Shown: positions 1 to 13,601, counted from the first letter of the stretch. The stretch: DNA of 64,000 bases from Meiothermus sp. (GCA_033762915.1 JANRLD010000031.1:1-64000); one strand, 5' to 3'. A program made the numbers and translations. The notes: generated by a model from the letters alone, not told the origin.

Positions 1-1
1 G

Positions 2-1900
2 GTGGCCCCCACCCCGGCCCTGCGCCGGCAGGCCCCGCTCAGCGTCGCACAAGCCCAGCTGCTGCTGCAATCGGCCAAGACCGACCCCCAGGGCTACTGG
101 GCAGGGATCGCGGGGGAACTCGAGTGGTTCTCGGCCTGGAACCAGACCCTCGAGGGGGGCTTCGGCGACTTCCGGTACTTCGCGGGCGGGCTCTCCAACG
201 TCTCGGTCAACTGCGTGGACCGGCACGCGGCCAGCAGCCCCAACAAGGTGGCGGTCTTCTACGAGCGCGAAGATGGCCTGCGCGAGGTCTGGACCTACCG
301 CCAGTTGTCCGCCGAGACCAACCGCTTTGCCAACGCGCTGCGGGCCGCGGGGGTGCGTAAGGGCGACCGGGTGGCGGTCTTCATGTCCAACAACCCCGAG
401 GTCTTCGCGGTGATTCAGGCTTGTTACCGGGTCGGGGCTATTTACAGCGTGAGCTTTGCCGGTTTCTCGCCGGACGCCTTGCGCGACCGGCTGGTGGACG
501 CACAGCCCAGGCTGGTGGTGGTGGCCGACGGCAGCCCCCGGCGCGGCAAGACGGTGCCGCTCAAAGAGACCCTGGACGCCGCCTTGGGGGGCGTGGGCTC
601 GGTGGAAAAGGTGGTGGTGATCCCCCGGATGGGCCTCGAGGTGCCAATGCAGGCCGGGCGGGACGTGTTCTACGCCGACTTCGTGGCCGGGCACAGCGCC
701 CACTGCGCGCCGGAGGCCCTCGAGGCCAACGAGCCGGGCTTCATCATCTACACTTCGGGCACCACCTCCAAGCCCAAGGGGCTGATGCACAGCGGGATCG
801 GCTTCACCGTGGGGGCCTACGCCAACGTCAAGTGGGCGCTCAACCTGCGGCCCGACGACGTGTACTGGTGCACCGCCGACGTGGGCTGGCTGACCTTTCC
901 CATCTTCGCCCTGGTGGGCGGGCTGGCCCACGGCGCGACCCTAGTGGTCTACGAGGGCGCACCGGATTTCCCCGGCCCGGGCAGGTTCTACGAGGTGCTG
1001 GGCCGCTACGGGGTCAACAAGGTCTTCACCGCCCCAACCCTGCTGCGGATGCTGCGCCGGGCGGGCGACGGGTTCATCCAGAACACCGAGCAGCTCGAGC
1101 TGGTCTCGCTGGTGGGCGAGCCGCTCGACCCCGGCACCTTCTACTGGACCCAGGACGTCCTGGGCGGCGGGCGGGCCTTCGTCAACAACACCTACGGCCA
1201 GACCGAGACCGGCACCGCCTGGGCCTCGAGCCTGGTCGGTTTGACCGCCACCAAGCCCGGCTCCTGCGGCCACACCCTGCCCGGCTACAGCCCCGAGGTG
1301 GTGGACGAACAGGGCCTCCCGGTGGCGGCGGGCGGGCTGGGCTTCATGACCCTGCGGGAGCCTTTCCCCTGCCTGGCCCGCACCATCTGGGGCGACCACC
1401 AGCGCTACCTCGACACCTACTTCAGCCGCTTCCCCGGGCGCTTCTTCAGCGCGGACGCGGCGGCCATAGACGAGGACGGGCAGGTCTGGGTGACCAGCCG
1501 GGTGGACGACGTGATCAACGTGGCCGGGCACCGCATTGGCACCATGGAACTCGAGGCCGCCCTGACCGCCCACCCCGCCGTCTCCGAGGCCGCCGTGGTG
1601 GGGATGCCCGACCCCATCAAGGGCGCGGTGCCGCTGGCCTTTGTGATTCTGCGGGCCGGTCACAGCCCCTCCAGCGCCCTCGAGGCCGAACTCGCCGAGC
1701 AGATCGCCGGGGGTATCGGCGGCTACGCCCGGCCCCAACGGGTCATCATCAGCAGCACCCTGCCCCGCACCAGAAGCGGCAAGATCATGCGCCGACTGCT
1801 GCGCGAGCTGATGACCGAGGGGCAGGTGAAAGGCGATCTGACCGCCCTCGAGAACCCTGACGCGATTGAGAACATCCGGCTCGAACTCGACAAGAGGTGA
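2..1900 (+). CDS. acs: acetate--CoA ligase (acetyl-CoA synthetase family); may be 5'-truncated by the window edge
   Basis: AMP-binding motif YTSGTTSKPKG, YWCTADVGW, TYGQTETG, RVDDVINVAGHRIG, LPRTRSGKIMRR. Confidence 0.88.
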   Translation: MAPTPALRRQAPLSVAQAQLLLQSAKTDPQGYWAGIAGELEWFSAWNQTLEGGFGDFRYFAGGLSNVSVNCVDRHAASSPNKVAVFYEREDGLREVWTYRQLSAETNRFANALRAAGVRKGDRVAVFMSNNPEVFAVIQACYRVGAIYSVSFAGFSPDALRDRLVDAQPRLVVVADGSPRRGKTVPLKETLDAALGGVGSVEKVVVIPRMGLEVPMQAGRDVFYADFVAGHSAHCAPEALEANEPGFIIYTSGTTSKPKGLMHSGIGFTVGAYANVKWALNLRPDDVYWCTADVGWLTFPIFALVGGLAHGATLVVYEGAPDFPGPGRFYEVLGRYGVNKVFTAPTLLRMLRRAGDGFIQNTEQLELVSLVGEPLDPGTFYWTQDVLGGGRAFVNNTYGQTETGTAWASSLVGLTATKPGSCGHTLPGYSPEVVDEQGLPVAAGGLGFMTLREPFPCLARTIWGDHQRYLDTYFSRFPGRFFSADAAAIDEDGQVWVTSRVDDVINVAGHRIGTMELEAALTAHPAVSEAAVVGMPDPIKGAVPLAFVILRAGHSPSSALEAELAEQIAGGIGGYARPQRVIISSTLPRTRSGKIMRRLLRELMTEGQVKGDLTALENPDAIENIRLELDKR

Positions 1901-2033
1901 GGCGGCGCCGACCCTCGACCTCCGCGCGTCATTCGGTCGGCACGTAAGGTGCACGGGGCGCCGTGGCCCCGCACGCCGGCTGCACAGCCCCGGGCTGGCG
2001 GTCAGGCAGCCGCACGGGAAGTACCGGGCCTCA

Positions 2034-2132
2034 GAGCGGTTCCCACGCATATTCCCTACGGCGCTAAAGCGGGCGGTTTTTGCTGTAGGGAGTTACCTGC
2101 CGCCGCGCGGGAGGTAAGGGTGGGAAACGTGA
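2034..2132 (+). mobile_element. family-A MITE-like palindromic repeat
   Basis: GAGCGGTTCCCAC...GTGGGAAACGTGA imperfect terminal inverted repeats; flanked by TCA on both sides (2031-2033, 2133-2135); matches six other copies in the window. Confidence 0.8.
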
Positions 2133-2690
2133 TCAGGCGCTCGGCGCCACCTTCTTCAGGCGGCTCAGGTACAGCTTGCGGAACTTCGCCACCTTGGGCG
2201 CAACGATGAAGCGGCAGTAGCCCTGGCCGGGGTTCTTGAGGTAGTAGTTCTGGTGGTAGTCCTCGGCGGGGTAGAAGGCCTTGAACTCGGTCACCTCGGT
2301 GACGATCGGCCCGTCCCAAAGCTGCTGGGCCTCGAGTTCCTTGATAACCTCCTCAGCCACCGCCTTCTGCTCGGGCGAGTGGTAGAAGACAGCGCTGCGG
2401 TACTGCGGCCCCACGTCGTTGCCCTGGCGGTTGAGGGTGGTGGGGTCGTGCAGGGTGAAGAAGACCTGCAAAACTTCCTTGAAGCTGATCTGGGCGGTGT
2501 CGAAGGTGACGTTGACCACCTCGGCGTGGCCGGTGGTCTTGGTGCAGATCTGCTCGTAGGTGGGGTTGGCCAGGTGGCCGCCGGAGTAGCCCGAAACCAC
2601 GTCGGTCACGCCCTGAAGTTCGTCGAAAGGGGCCTCGAGGCACCAGAAACAACCGCCGCCCAGCGTGGCAACTTCCAGGGTTTGGCTCAT
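2133..2690 (-). CDS. msrA: peptide-methionine (S)-S-oxide reductase
   Basis: GGGCFWC active site, TGHAEVV, RQGNDVGPQYRS, FYPAEDYHQNY; start taken at MSQTLEV. Confidence 0.96.
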   Translation of the reverse strand: MSQTLEVATLGGGCFWCLEAPFDELQGVTDVVSGYSGGHLANPTYEQICTKTTGHAEVVNVTFDTAQISFKEVLQVFFTLHDPTTLNRQGNDVGPQYRSAVFYHSPEQKAVAEEVIKELEAQQLWDGPIVTEVTEFKAFYPAEDYHQNYYLKNPGQGYCRFIVAPKVAKFRKLYLSRLKKVAPSA

Positions 2691-2765
2691 AGGGCGATTG
2701 TGGGGCAATTAGGCGGGCGTGAAAGTCATGTACGTTACCGCTCCGGGGGGTGAAGGCCAGTGCCC

Positions 2766-5042
2766 CTATATCCGAATCGGCGTAATCGCCTGGAGCGGAA
2801 CGTCGAACAGGTTGGGCTGAATCTCGAGGCGGAACAGTGCCTCGAAGTCCTCGTCGGAAAACGCCTTTCGCAGGCGCTCAGCGTAAGAGTCGCGGAGGGT
2901 CTTGATGTAGTGCTGGGCGTCGTAGGGCGGCGAGGCCGCGTCGTCGTGCTCGGAGAAGACCCGCCAGCCCTGAGCCGACTTATACATCTTGACCCGCTCG
3001 CCCGCCGACCAGTGCTTGCGGCCTGAGCCGATCATGGCCTCGTACACTGCCTCAGAACGCCCAGCGGCGGCGTACTTCTCCGGGCTCTTGGTGAGCTTAA
3101 CCCTGGTGGCGATTTCGGCGAGGGGAACCTCACCGGAGGAGAGCCGGGCGACCGCTGCCAGGAAAGAATCCCGGATGACCCCCACGCGGCCCTCGAGCAA
3201 CGCACGCATGGCCTGGGTCAGCCAAACCTCGGCGAAGGGCTCGGAGCGGCTCGAGCGCAGCGCCCCGCCCCGCACGGTCAGCTTGCCGTCGTAGCCCAGC
3301 AGGGCGTAATTCTTGACCTCGTGGCTGAACATGGCCTCGTAGCGTCCGTCGAACTCGAGCTTCAGCCCCTGCGGCAGGGTGGCGGCCACCTCGGCCACCA
3401 GGGCCCGCTCCTGGGTCTCCTCCCAGCTCGGGGGCACCGCGAAGTACACCCCGTCGGTGTCGGCCTCGATCAGGGTGGCTCCCCGTCCGGCCAGCCCATC
3501 GCACACCTGCCGCAGCACCTCGCGGCCCCGGCGGGTGATCTCGTCGGCGGCGCTCTGGTCGGCGAACCAAGCGATGCGGCCCGCGCCCAGATAGCCGTAG
3601 GCGGAGTTCACCACCAACTTCATGGCGGCCTGCATGGACTCGTGCTCACCCTGGAGGAGTGAGCCCCTCTCGGCCTGCTGGGCGGCCCGCTTGTGCTCGA
3701 GGCGCAGCCCCGTAAGGCGGTCCACCAGCGTCACGAAGGCGCCCAGGGTGTCGCACTCCGGCCCGATCTGGTAGGTGCGGATGAGGGAGGGGTAGAGGCT
3801 GGCGACGTCGGCCTTAACCACCCGTTGGGCGACCCCGGTGGCGAACAGCTCAACCGCCCCGCCCGCGTGGGGCTCGTTGGAATAAGGCCTGGAAGGCCGG
3901 GGCAGGGCCTGCTGGGCGTGGAGGTAGGCCCGCACCAGCATGGGCTCGAGAATTCCGGTGGCGGTTCCCGCGTAGGCCACCCGCTCGTAGCGGCGCGGGG
4001 CCATGCGGGCCAGCGCGAAGGTCGAGGTGTGCAGCCGCCGGGCGATGGCGTCCACCTCGCCCACGTCCTGCAGCGCGTAGCGCCCCACCCGCCGGGGGTC
4101 GCGCTGGTAGGTCTCGTAGACGTGGCGGCCCTCGAGGTAGACGCGGTCTTCCTGGGCGACCCCGAAGAACCGCGCCACGTCCTTGAGGCTGTGGCTGGGC
4201 AACGCCCGCACCACGAAGTCGACCCGCCAGGTCGCGTCCAGGGTGTCCAGCATCTCGCGCCCGGCCACGCTGTAGCGGCTGTCCCTCCCAGCCCCCAGCC
4301 TGACCAGCCCGGCGGGGCCAGGTCTGCGGCCCAGCTCGAGCCGCACCCCCAGCGCCCTGGCCCGGCCCTCGAGGAAGGGCAGGTCGAAGCCCATCAGGTT
4401 GTGGTTCTCGATTACGTCGGGGTCGCGCTCCTGGATCACGGCGAGCAGCCGCCGGATCAGCCCTGCCTCGTCTTCGGGCCGGGGGGCCTCGAGGAGCAGT
4501 TCGAGACCCCCCGAGTCGCGCACCGCGGCCATGAAAATGCGGCCCTCGGAAGCGCTCAGGGCGGTGGTCTCGAGGTCGAACTGGAGGCGGCGGAGGCTGG
4601 AGAACGGCAGGTCGCGGAAGTAGGCGCGCCCGGTCTGCATCAGATACTGCTCGACCGGCCCCACCTGGTAGTAGTCGTCGAGGGCGTTGAGGGTCGGGAC
4701 TTCCCGGCCCAAGCGCCGCGCCGCGCCCTGCTTAACGACAGCCTCGAGCGACCGACCGTCAGAGGCCGAGATCAGATAGCCAAGGGCGTTGCCCGCCCCC
4801 GGCAGCCGCCGGTAACCGAACGGCGCGGCGGGGTCGTCCTCCCTCAGCCGCCCGCCGAGGCCTTGCAGGTCCTCGAGGTGGGCCGCGTACAGCCAGGGCC
4901 GGTACCTGTCCTGCTCGCAGACCAGCCCCGCCTCCGTCCGCCGCCAGACCAGCGCACGCCCCTCCCGATCCGCCCAGACCGAGACGATCCCCGGCGTCTT
5001 GTCCCAGCCGAACAGCAGCGCGTCGGCCTCGAGGGCAGTCAT
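2766..5042 (-). CDS. family-B DNA polymerase with 3'-5' exonuclease domain
   Basis: ExoI FDLET, ExoII NHNLMGFDLPFL, ExoIII YALQD; polymerase motifs A DVASLYPS, B KLVVNSAYG, C EADTDG; TAAAAT 6 nt upstream of the ATG. Confidence 0.9.
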   Translation of the reverse strand: MTALEADALLFGWDKTPGIVSVWADREGRALVWRRTEAGLVCEQDRYRPWLYAAHLEDLQGLGGRLREDDPAAPFGYRRLPGAGNALGYLISASDGRSLEAVVKQGAARRLGREVPTLNALDDYYQVGPVEQYLMQTGRAYFRDLPFSSLRRLQFDLETTALSASEGRIFMAAVRDSGGLELLLEAPRPEDEAGLIRRLLAVIQERDPDVIENHNLMGFDLPFLEGRARALGVRLELGRRPGPAGLVRLGAGRDSRYSVAGREMLDTLDATWRVDFVVRALPSHSLKDVARFFGVAQEDRVYLEGRHVYETYQRDPRRVGRYALQDVGEVDAIARRLHTSTFALARMAPRRYERVAYAGTATGILEPMLVRAYLHAQQALPRPSRPYSNEPHAGGAVELFATGVAQRVVKADVASLYPSLIRTYQIGPECDTLGAFVTLVDRLTGLRLEHKRAAQQAERGSLLQGEHESMQAAMKLVVNSAYGYLGAGRIAWFADQSAADEITRRGREVLRQVCDGLAGRGATLIEADTDGVYFAVPPSWEETQERALVAEVAATLPQGLKLEFDGRYEAMFSHEVKNYALLGYDGKLTVRGGALRSSRSEPFAEVWLTQAMRALLEGRVGVIRDSFLAAVARLSSGEVPLAEIATRVKLTKSPEKYAAAGRSEAVYEAMIGSGRKHWSAGERVKMYKSAQGWRVFSEHDDAASPPYDAQHYIKTLRDSYAERLRKAFSDEDFEALFRLEIQPNLFDVPLQAITPIRI

Positions 5043-5489
5043 GGGCTCATTTTAGCCTGCACCGAAAAGGGGAGTGGAACCCAGGCAGGGGCGCAACGGG
5101 GCAGGAGAGTGGGGCGCCAGGCCGTGTACGGCGCGATGGCTTTGGGAGAGCTCACCAAAGGCACCCAGTCGCACAAAACGCCAGCCATGGCACTGCCGCA
5201 CCCGCTTATCCCGGGGCACGAACCGTGGCGCGGGGAGTTGGCTTTTGGCCCTCCAACTTTCTGGCTTCGACCTCTCCCATCCCCGTCACGACCTTAACGA
5301 AGTCACGTTAATCTCGAGCTCACGACACAAGGCCAGGCAATTTATCCCCCGGATGGGGGTGATTCGACTTGCGTGACCTGGGAGCGTAATTTGAACGATA
5401 CTCATCTGGAAATTGGCTTAATATGCTACCTTAAGTAACGTTACGCTAGTCCAAGAAGTAACGCCCTGATACCCATAACCGGAGAGCGA

Positions 5490-5771
5490 ATGATCACACT
5501 GCACCGTTCAGGACAATACCGCTTCTACGTGAACTCCGGCTACGCCCAGGAGAACCCCTACATCTGCATCAAGCACGAGGGGCACTTCGCCAAGTTCTCG
5601 CTCAAACCGGTAAGCCTCACGGCCAACAACGGCTTCTCCCGCACCGAGCTGAGCCGCATCCAGCAGAGCGTGATAGACGCCCGCGACCAGCTGCTTAAGT
5701 TCTGGGCTAACCGCACCGGCGACGAGGGCAGCAAAGACTTGGTGGCCGACCTGCTGGCCCAGATGGACTGA
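5490..5771 (+). CDS. DUF4160-like small protein (degenerate motif)
   Basis: YRFY...AKFSLKPVSLTANNGFSRTEL...W pattern resembles DUF4160; GGAGAG RBS; followed by a terminator. Confidence 0.7.
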   Translation: MITLHRSGQYRFYVNSGYAQENPYICIKHEGHFAKFSLKPVSLTANNGFSRTELSRIQQSVIDARDQLLKFWANRTGDEGSKDLVADLLAQMD

Positions 5772-5788
5772 CCCACCGCGCCCAACTT

Positions 5789-5815
5789 CCCCCGCCCAGC
5801 GCGGGGGTTTTTCTT
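5789..5815 (+). terminator. intrinsic terminator
   Basis: CCCCCGC-ccagc-GCGGGGG stem followed by TTTTTCTT. Confidence 0.7.
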
Positions 5816-5922
5816 GGATCAATCTCAACAATGAGCGTACAATCTCGAACGAAATATTGTTATTTTCTGTCCATTAATGTTACATTTGGGCAGCGCTGAC
5901 AACCCGACCGGCCTGTTTTTTT

Positions 5923-6037
5923 TAGCATCGCGCCAGGGTGGGTTTGCGGGGCCGTCGAGCGCGAAAAACGCCCGCGTTGCGCACTCCCTTCGCGGGTTTT
6001 CGGCCGCATCACGCATCTCAGACCATGGAGATATTTA
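5923..6037 (+). repeat. family-B MITE-like repeat (degenerate)
   Basis: CGCCAGGGT...ACCATGGAGATATTTA ends resemble the copy at 30870-30984. Confidence 0.6.
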
Positions 6038-6089
6038 GAATCAGTGTGGTGGCGCAACCGCGCCCCCGAGGCCCCAAGGAGAGACCCGT

Positions 6090-7277
6090 ATGACGCGAAA
6101 ACAGGTCAAGACCGCGCTCAAGGCCCAGCACATCGAAACCCCCAGTTGGGGCTACGCCAACAGCGGGACGCGGTTCAAGACCTTCGCCTACCCCGGCGCG
6201 GCGCACACCGTGTGGGAGAAGCTCGAGGACGCCGCCCTGATCCATCGCCTCAGCGGCATCGCCCCCTCCGTCGCCATCCACATCCCCTGGGACAAGCCCG
6301 AGGGCCAGGACTGGGGCAAGGTGAGCGCCTTCGCCAGGCAGCAGGGCGTAGCCATCGGGGCGGTCAACCCCAACGTCTTCCAGGACGACCAGTACAAGCT
6401 GGGCTCCATCGCCCACCCCGACAAGGATGTGCGCCAGCGGGCCGTGGCCCGCATCCTCGAGTGCGTCGAGATCATGAAGGTTACGGGCTCCAGCGACCTC
6501 TCCTTGTGGTTCGCCGACGGCACCAACTACGCCGGGCAGGATGACCTCCGCAGCCGCAAGGCGCGGACTCGAGAGGCCCTGCAAGAGGTCTACGCGGCCC
6601 TGCCCAAGGACAAGCGCCTGCTGCTGGAGTACAAGTTCTTCGAGCCCGCCTTCTACTTCACCGACCTCTTCGACTGGGGCGCGGCGCTGCTGCACTGCCA
6701 GGCCTTGGGCGAGCGGGCGCAGGTGCTGGTGGACCTGGGCCACCACGCCCAGGCCACCAACATCGAGGCCATCGTGGCCTTTCTGCTCGACGAGGGCCGC
6801 CTGGGAGGCTTCCACTTCAACGCCCGGCGCTACGCCGACGACGACCTGATCGTGGGGACGACCAACCCCCTCGAGCTGTTCACCATCTACCACGAACTGG
6901 TCTCGGCCCAGCAGGGCGGCGGCCTGGCCGCACACACCGCCAAAAACGTGGCCTACATGATCGACCAGAGCCACAACATCGAGCCGAAGCTCGAGGCCAT
7001 GCTGCAGTCGGTCCTGAACTGCCAGGAGGCCTACGCCAAAGCGCTTCTAGTGGACCGCGCCGCCCTGCGCAAGGCCCAGCAGGCCGGGGATGTGCTGGGG
7101 GCTCACCGCGTCCTGCTGGACGCCTACAAAACCGACGTGCGCCCCCTGCTGGCCGAGGTGCGCGAGGAGATGGGTGTCCCTGCCGACCCCATCCGGGCGC
7201 TGCGCGAGGGCAAGTACCAGCAGCAGCGGGCGAAGGCTCGAGGCACCGCTGGCACAACGGGCGGGTATCAGAGCTGA
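6090..7277 (+). CDS. rhaI: L-rhamnose isomerase (RhaI/xylose-isomerase-like)
   Basis: [44 protein letters not shown]; upstream of the rhamnulose-phosphate aldolase. Confidence 0.9.
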   Translation: MTRKQVKTALKAQHIETPSWGYANSGTRFKTFAYPGAAHTVWEKLEDAALIHRLSGIAPSVAIHIPWDKPEGQDWGKVSAFARQQGVAIGAVNPNVFQDDQYKLGSIAHPDKDVRQRAVARILECVEIMKVTGSSDLSLWFADGTNYAGQDDLRSRKARTREALQEVYAALPKDKRLLLEYKFFEPAFYFTDLFDWGAALLHCQALGERAQVLVDLGHHAQATNIEAIVAFLLDEGRLGGFHFNARRYADDDLIVGTTNPLELFTIYHELVSAQQGGGLAAHTAKNVAYMIDQSHNIEPKLEAMLQSVLNCQEAYAKALLVDRAALRKAQQAGDVLGAHRVLLDAYKTDVRPLLAEVREEMGVPADPIRALREGKYQQQRAKARGTAGTTGGYQS

Positions 7278-7370
7278 GTTGGGGGTCGGGCGTCGGTCGA
7301 GCGCTTACGGTACGGCTGGCCGATGGCCGATGGCCCATCCCCTCATTCCCATATTCACAAAGGAACCCCT

Positions 7371-9470
<2,100 letters not shown>

Positions 9471-9550
9471 ATTTCCCGAGTGCTGGCATGCCGGGACGCG
9501 GTGCGAACGCCGCCACAGCCCGGGCGTGCGGGCATTCCCGGGAGCCGCCG

Positions 9551-10468
9551 TCAGTACCCTTGCTCGCGGCTGACCACGTTGATCAGCGGCTCACCGCGCA
9601 TATGGCGGCCGAGCTGCTCGAGCGCCAGCTTCACTCCACGCTGGTAGAGCTTGGGGGTGGAGCCGGCGATGTGCGGAGTGAGGAAGACCCCCGGCAGCGA
9701 CCACAGCGGGTGACCCTCGGGCAGCGGCTCGGGGTCGGTCACGTCGGTGACCAGGCGAATCTGCTGGGCGCGGACAGCGGCCACCAGGGCGTCCTGATCC
9801 ACCGTGCGGCCCCGCCCGGCGTTGACGTAAATGGCCCCCAGCTTCATGGCGGCGACGTGCGCGGCGCTGAACAGGCGGTGCGTCTCGGGGGTGTGCGGCA
9901 ACAGGTTGATCACCACGTCGGCCCTGGGGAGCAGCTCGAGCAGCTCCGAGAAAGCGTGAATGTCCCCTCGAGCCGTCCGCGCCACCCTGATGAAGTCCAC
10001 CTCGAAGGGGGCCAGCCGCCGCTCGGCGGCCCTGGCGATGGAGCCGTAGCCGAGGAAGAGGACCGTGGAGCCCTCGAGGTCGTCGATCCACTGGTAAGCC
10101 CAGCGCTGCTCGCGCTGGAAATCGCGGAACTCCGGCAGCCGCTTGACCGCCCCCAGTATTCCCCCCACGATCCACTCCGAGACCGGGATGTCGTGAACGC
10201 CCGCCGCGTCGCAGAGGGTGACGTGCGGCGGCAGCTTGTCCACGATCCAGTCCACCCCCGCCGTGAAGGTCTGGACCACCTTGATGCCGGGCATCTGCGG
10301 CAGCAGCGGGAACATGTGCCGTGCCCCGCCGTAGGGGGCCAGCACGAACTCGGCGTCCTTGGCGTTGTCGGAGAGCGTGCCGTCCTTGGCCAGGTAGGCC
10401 AGTTCGACCCCCTCGGGGAGCGGCTGGAACAGGGCGGGCTCGAGTTCAGCGGGTACAAGGAAAACCAT
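9551..10468 (-). CDS. D-isomer-specific 2-hydroxyacid dehydrogenase
   Basis: GYGSIA, NAGRG, DVTDPEPLP, TPHIAG; TATAGT 6 nt upstream of ATG 10468. Confidence 0.9.
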   Translation of the reverse strand: MVFLVPAELEPALFQPLPEGVELAYLAKDGTLSDNAKDAEFVLAPYGGARHMFPLLPQMPGIKVVQTFTAGVDWIVDKLPPHVTLCDAAGVHDIPVSEWIVGGILGAVKRLPEFRDFQREQRWAYQWIDDLEGSTVLFLGYGSIARAAERRLAPFEVDFIRVARTARGDIHAFSELLELLPRADVVINLLPHTPETHRLFSAAHVAAMKLGAIYVNAGRGRTVDQDALVAAVRAQQIRLVTDVTDPEPLPEGHPLWSLPGVFLTPHIAGSTPKLYQRGVKLALEQLGRHMRGEPLINVVSREQGY

Positions 10469-10508
10469 GCCGAAACTATACCGCAGCGGCCGCAAACGGC
10501 CCCACTGA

Positions 10509-10701
10509 GAGCGGTTCCCACACATACTCCCTACGGTGTTAAAGCGGGCGGTTTTTGCTGACAGCGGTTCCCACCATTACGCCTCAAGCGGTGAGGCGTA
10601 ATGTACCTCGCACATCCGAGTCTATGCGTGCGTGGTATTCGTGGGAACCGCTGTGAATACATTACCTGCCGCCGCGAGGGAGGGACTGATGGGAAACGCA
10701 A
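10509..10701 (+). mobile_element. family-A MITE carrying a nested related element (10562-10653)
   Basis: outer element flanked by TGA/TGA; inner element has perfect TIRs CAGCGGTTCCCAC...GTGGGAACCGCTG and is also flanked by TGA/TGA. Confidence 0.8.
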
Positions 10702-10781
10702 TGAGGATGCGCATCGTACCACCGCGCCATCCCGCCCGCACCGACCCCGAGGCCTTGGCCGAACCCAAACCCGGACCCGCC

Positions 10782-11894
10782 CTAGTGCACCCCGGCCTCG
10801 GTGATGGCCGCCGCCGAGTTGGTGGCGAAACGCACGTTGCCGCGGAACTCCGCCAGGTTGACCGAGTTGACGTAGGTCATGGCGCTCTGCAAGCCCTCGC
10901 GCAGCCTCGAGACGGCCTCGGCAGCGTTCTGGTGGAAGGCCCGCAGGGTCTGGCTCGAGCCCTCGATAAAGTTGCGCTTCTCGGTCACCATGGCCGAGGC
11001 CATGCCGTAGAGGTGGACGCCCACCAGTCTGCCGCCCTCGCGGATCAGTACCTCCTCCTCGAAGCTCCCCGAGGCGAAGAACTTGCCCATCATCACCCCG
11101 TCAGACTGGGCCAGGGCCTTCACGAAGTCGCCCGAGCTGTTCACCCCGCCGTCGGAGATGGTCTGAGCGTCGGCGTAGCCCAGGCCATGGCGAAAGCGGT
11201 TGATCTCCTCCAGGAGCGAGAACTGCCCCACCCCCACCCCGGTGTTGATGCGGGTGGTGCAGACCGAGCCCGGCCCCACCCCTACCTTGATGATGAAGTG
11301 CCGGAAGCCGCTCAGCTTCATCAGCCAGTAGGCGAAGGCGAAGCCCTCGATGGAGCCCACGTTGCCCAGGATGATCCCACCCTCGAGGCCTTGTGCCCGA
11401 ATCTTGGCCAGCACCCCCAGCGCCGCTGCGTTGGCCCCGTGGGCGATGTCGATCGAGGCGAAGCGCAGGTTAGGCAGCTTGAACAGCGCCTCGAGGAAGC
11501 GCTCGTCTTCGTTGATGCCCAGCGCCACCCCGACCTGGGCCTCGCCGCACTCGCGCACGTCTTGAAGGCGCTGGGCGTCGCTGAGCCCGACCCTGGGGAG
11601 GATGTGGACGCCGCCGCGTCCCCCGTCCCACAGGTCGCGGGCGAACCTCGAGCGCATCATGGACATCGAGGCCCCGAACGCCGGGAAGAACTCCTCCGGC
11701 CCTCTGGTGGTGTGGAAGCGCTGGGTGGTGTCGACCTGGGTGCGCGAGACCGGCTGGATTAAGAAGGTGGGGATGATGGTCTTGTCGGCGAAGGTGTGGT
11801 AGGTCTCGAGGCGCGGGAAGGGGTAGCGGGCCACGTCGGCCTGGGTTCGCTCGAGGGCCTCCTGGGCGATCTCTTGCTGGGTCTGGGGGTTCAC
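10782..11894 (-). CDS. IMP dehydrogenase / GMP reductase family protein without CBS domains
   Basis: DIAHG, KVGVGPGSVCTTR catalytic loop, ISDGG, VMMG, YGMAS, GLQSAMTYV; GTG start 6 nt after TAGACT. Confidence 0.85.
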   Translation of the reverse strand: MNPQTQQEIAQEALERTQADVARYPFPRLETYHTFADKTIIPTFLIQPVSRTQVDTTQRFHTTRGPEEFFPAFGASMSMMRSRFARDLWDGGRGGVHILPRVGLSDAQRLQDVRECGEAQVGVALGINEDERFLEALFKLPNLRFASIDIAHGANAAALGVLAKIRAQGLEGGIILGNVGSIEGFAFAYWLMKLSGFRHFIIKVGVGPGSVCTTRINTGVGVGQFSLLEEINRFRHGLGYADAQTISDGGVNSSGDFVKALAQSDGVMMGKFFASGSFEEEVLIREGGRLVGVHLYGMASAMVTEKRNFIEGSSQTLRAFHQNAAEAVSRLREGLQSAMTYVNSVNLAEFRGNVRFATNSAAAITEAGVH

Positions 11895-11948
11895 CTATCG
11901 AGTCTAGGGCAAGCCGGTGGGAGGGGCAATAGCGGCTATCATGGGCGG

Positions 11949-12347
11949 GTGCAAGCTGTGCTTCAGAGCCTCGCCGACACCCAAGCCTTCGCCGAATCCC
12001 TGGCCCGGCGCCTACCCGACGGAGCCCTGGTGCTGCTGAACGGCCCGCTGGGCGCGGGCAAGACCACCTTGGTGCAGTTCCTGGCCAAGGCGCTTGGCTT
12101 CACGGGCGAGGTCACCAGCCCCACCTACACCCTGATCCACGAGTACCCCACACCCCAGGGCCTGATCGTTCACATTGACGCCTACCGCATGGCCGACCAG
12201 GAGGAGCTCTACCACCTGGGCCTCGAGGACTACCTCCCCGAGGCCCGCCTGATCCTGATCGAGTGGGGCAAACCCGAGGTCTTCCCCGAGGCGCTGCAGC
12301 TGCGCATCACCCCCACCGAGGGAGGCCGCCTGGTCGAGCTGGCGTAG
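11949..12347 (+). CDS. tsaE: tRNA threonylcarbamoyladenosine biosynthesis ATPase
   Basis: GPLGAGKTT, VTSPTYTL, HIDAYR, IEW; GTG start 6 nt after TATCAT. Confidence 0.93.
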   Translation: MQAVLQSLADTQAFAESLARRLPDGALVLLNGPLGAGKTTLVQFLAKALGFTGEVTSPTYTLIHEYPTPQGLIVHIDAYRMADQEELYHLGLEDYLPEARLILIEWGKPEVFPEALQLRITPTEGGRLVELA

Positions 12348-12500
12348 GGGCCAACCTAGGCCGTACGCCAAGTCTGGGCAGTGTTGGATCGGGTCCGGAG
12401 GGTGGGTGAATCGGGTCTACCCAACCTCTTGGGTCGAGTTCCTGCGCCCTGGTGGCCCCCGGCCTTTAACCTCCGGCCCGCGGCCTGCAGCCAACTCTAT

Positions 12501-13601
<1,101 letters not shown>

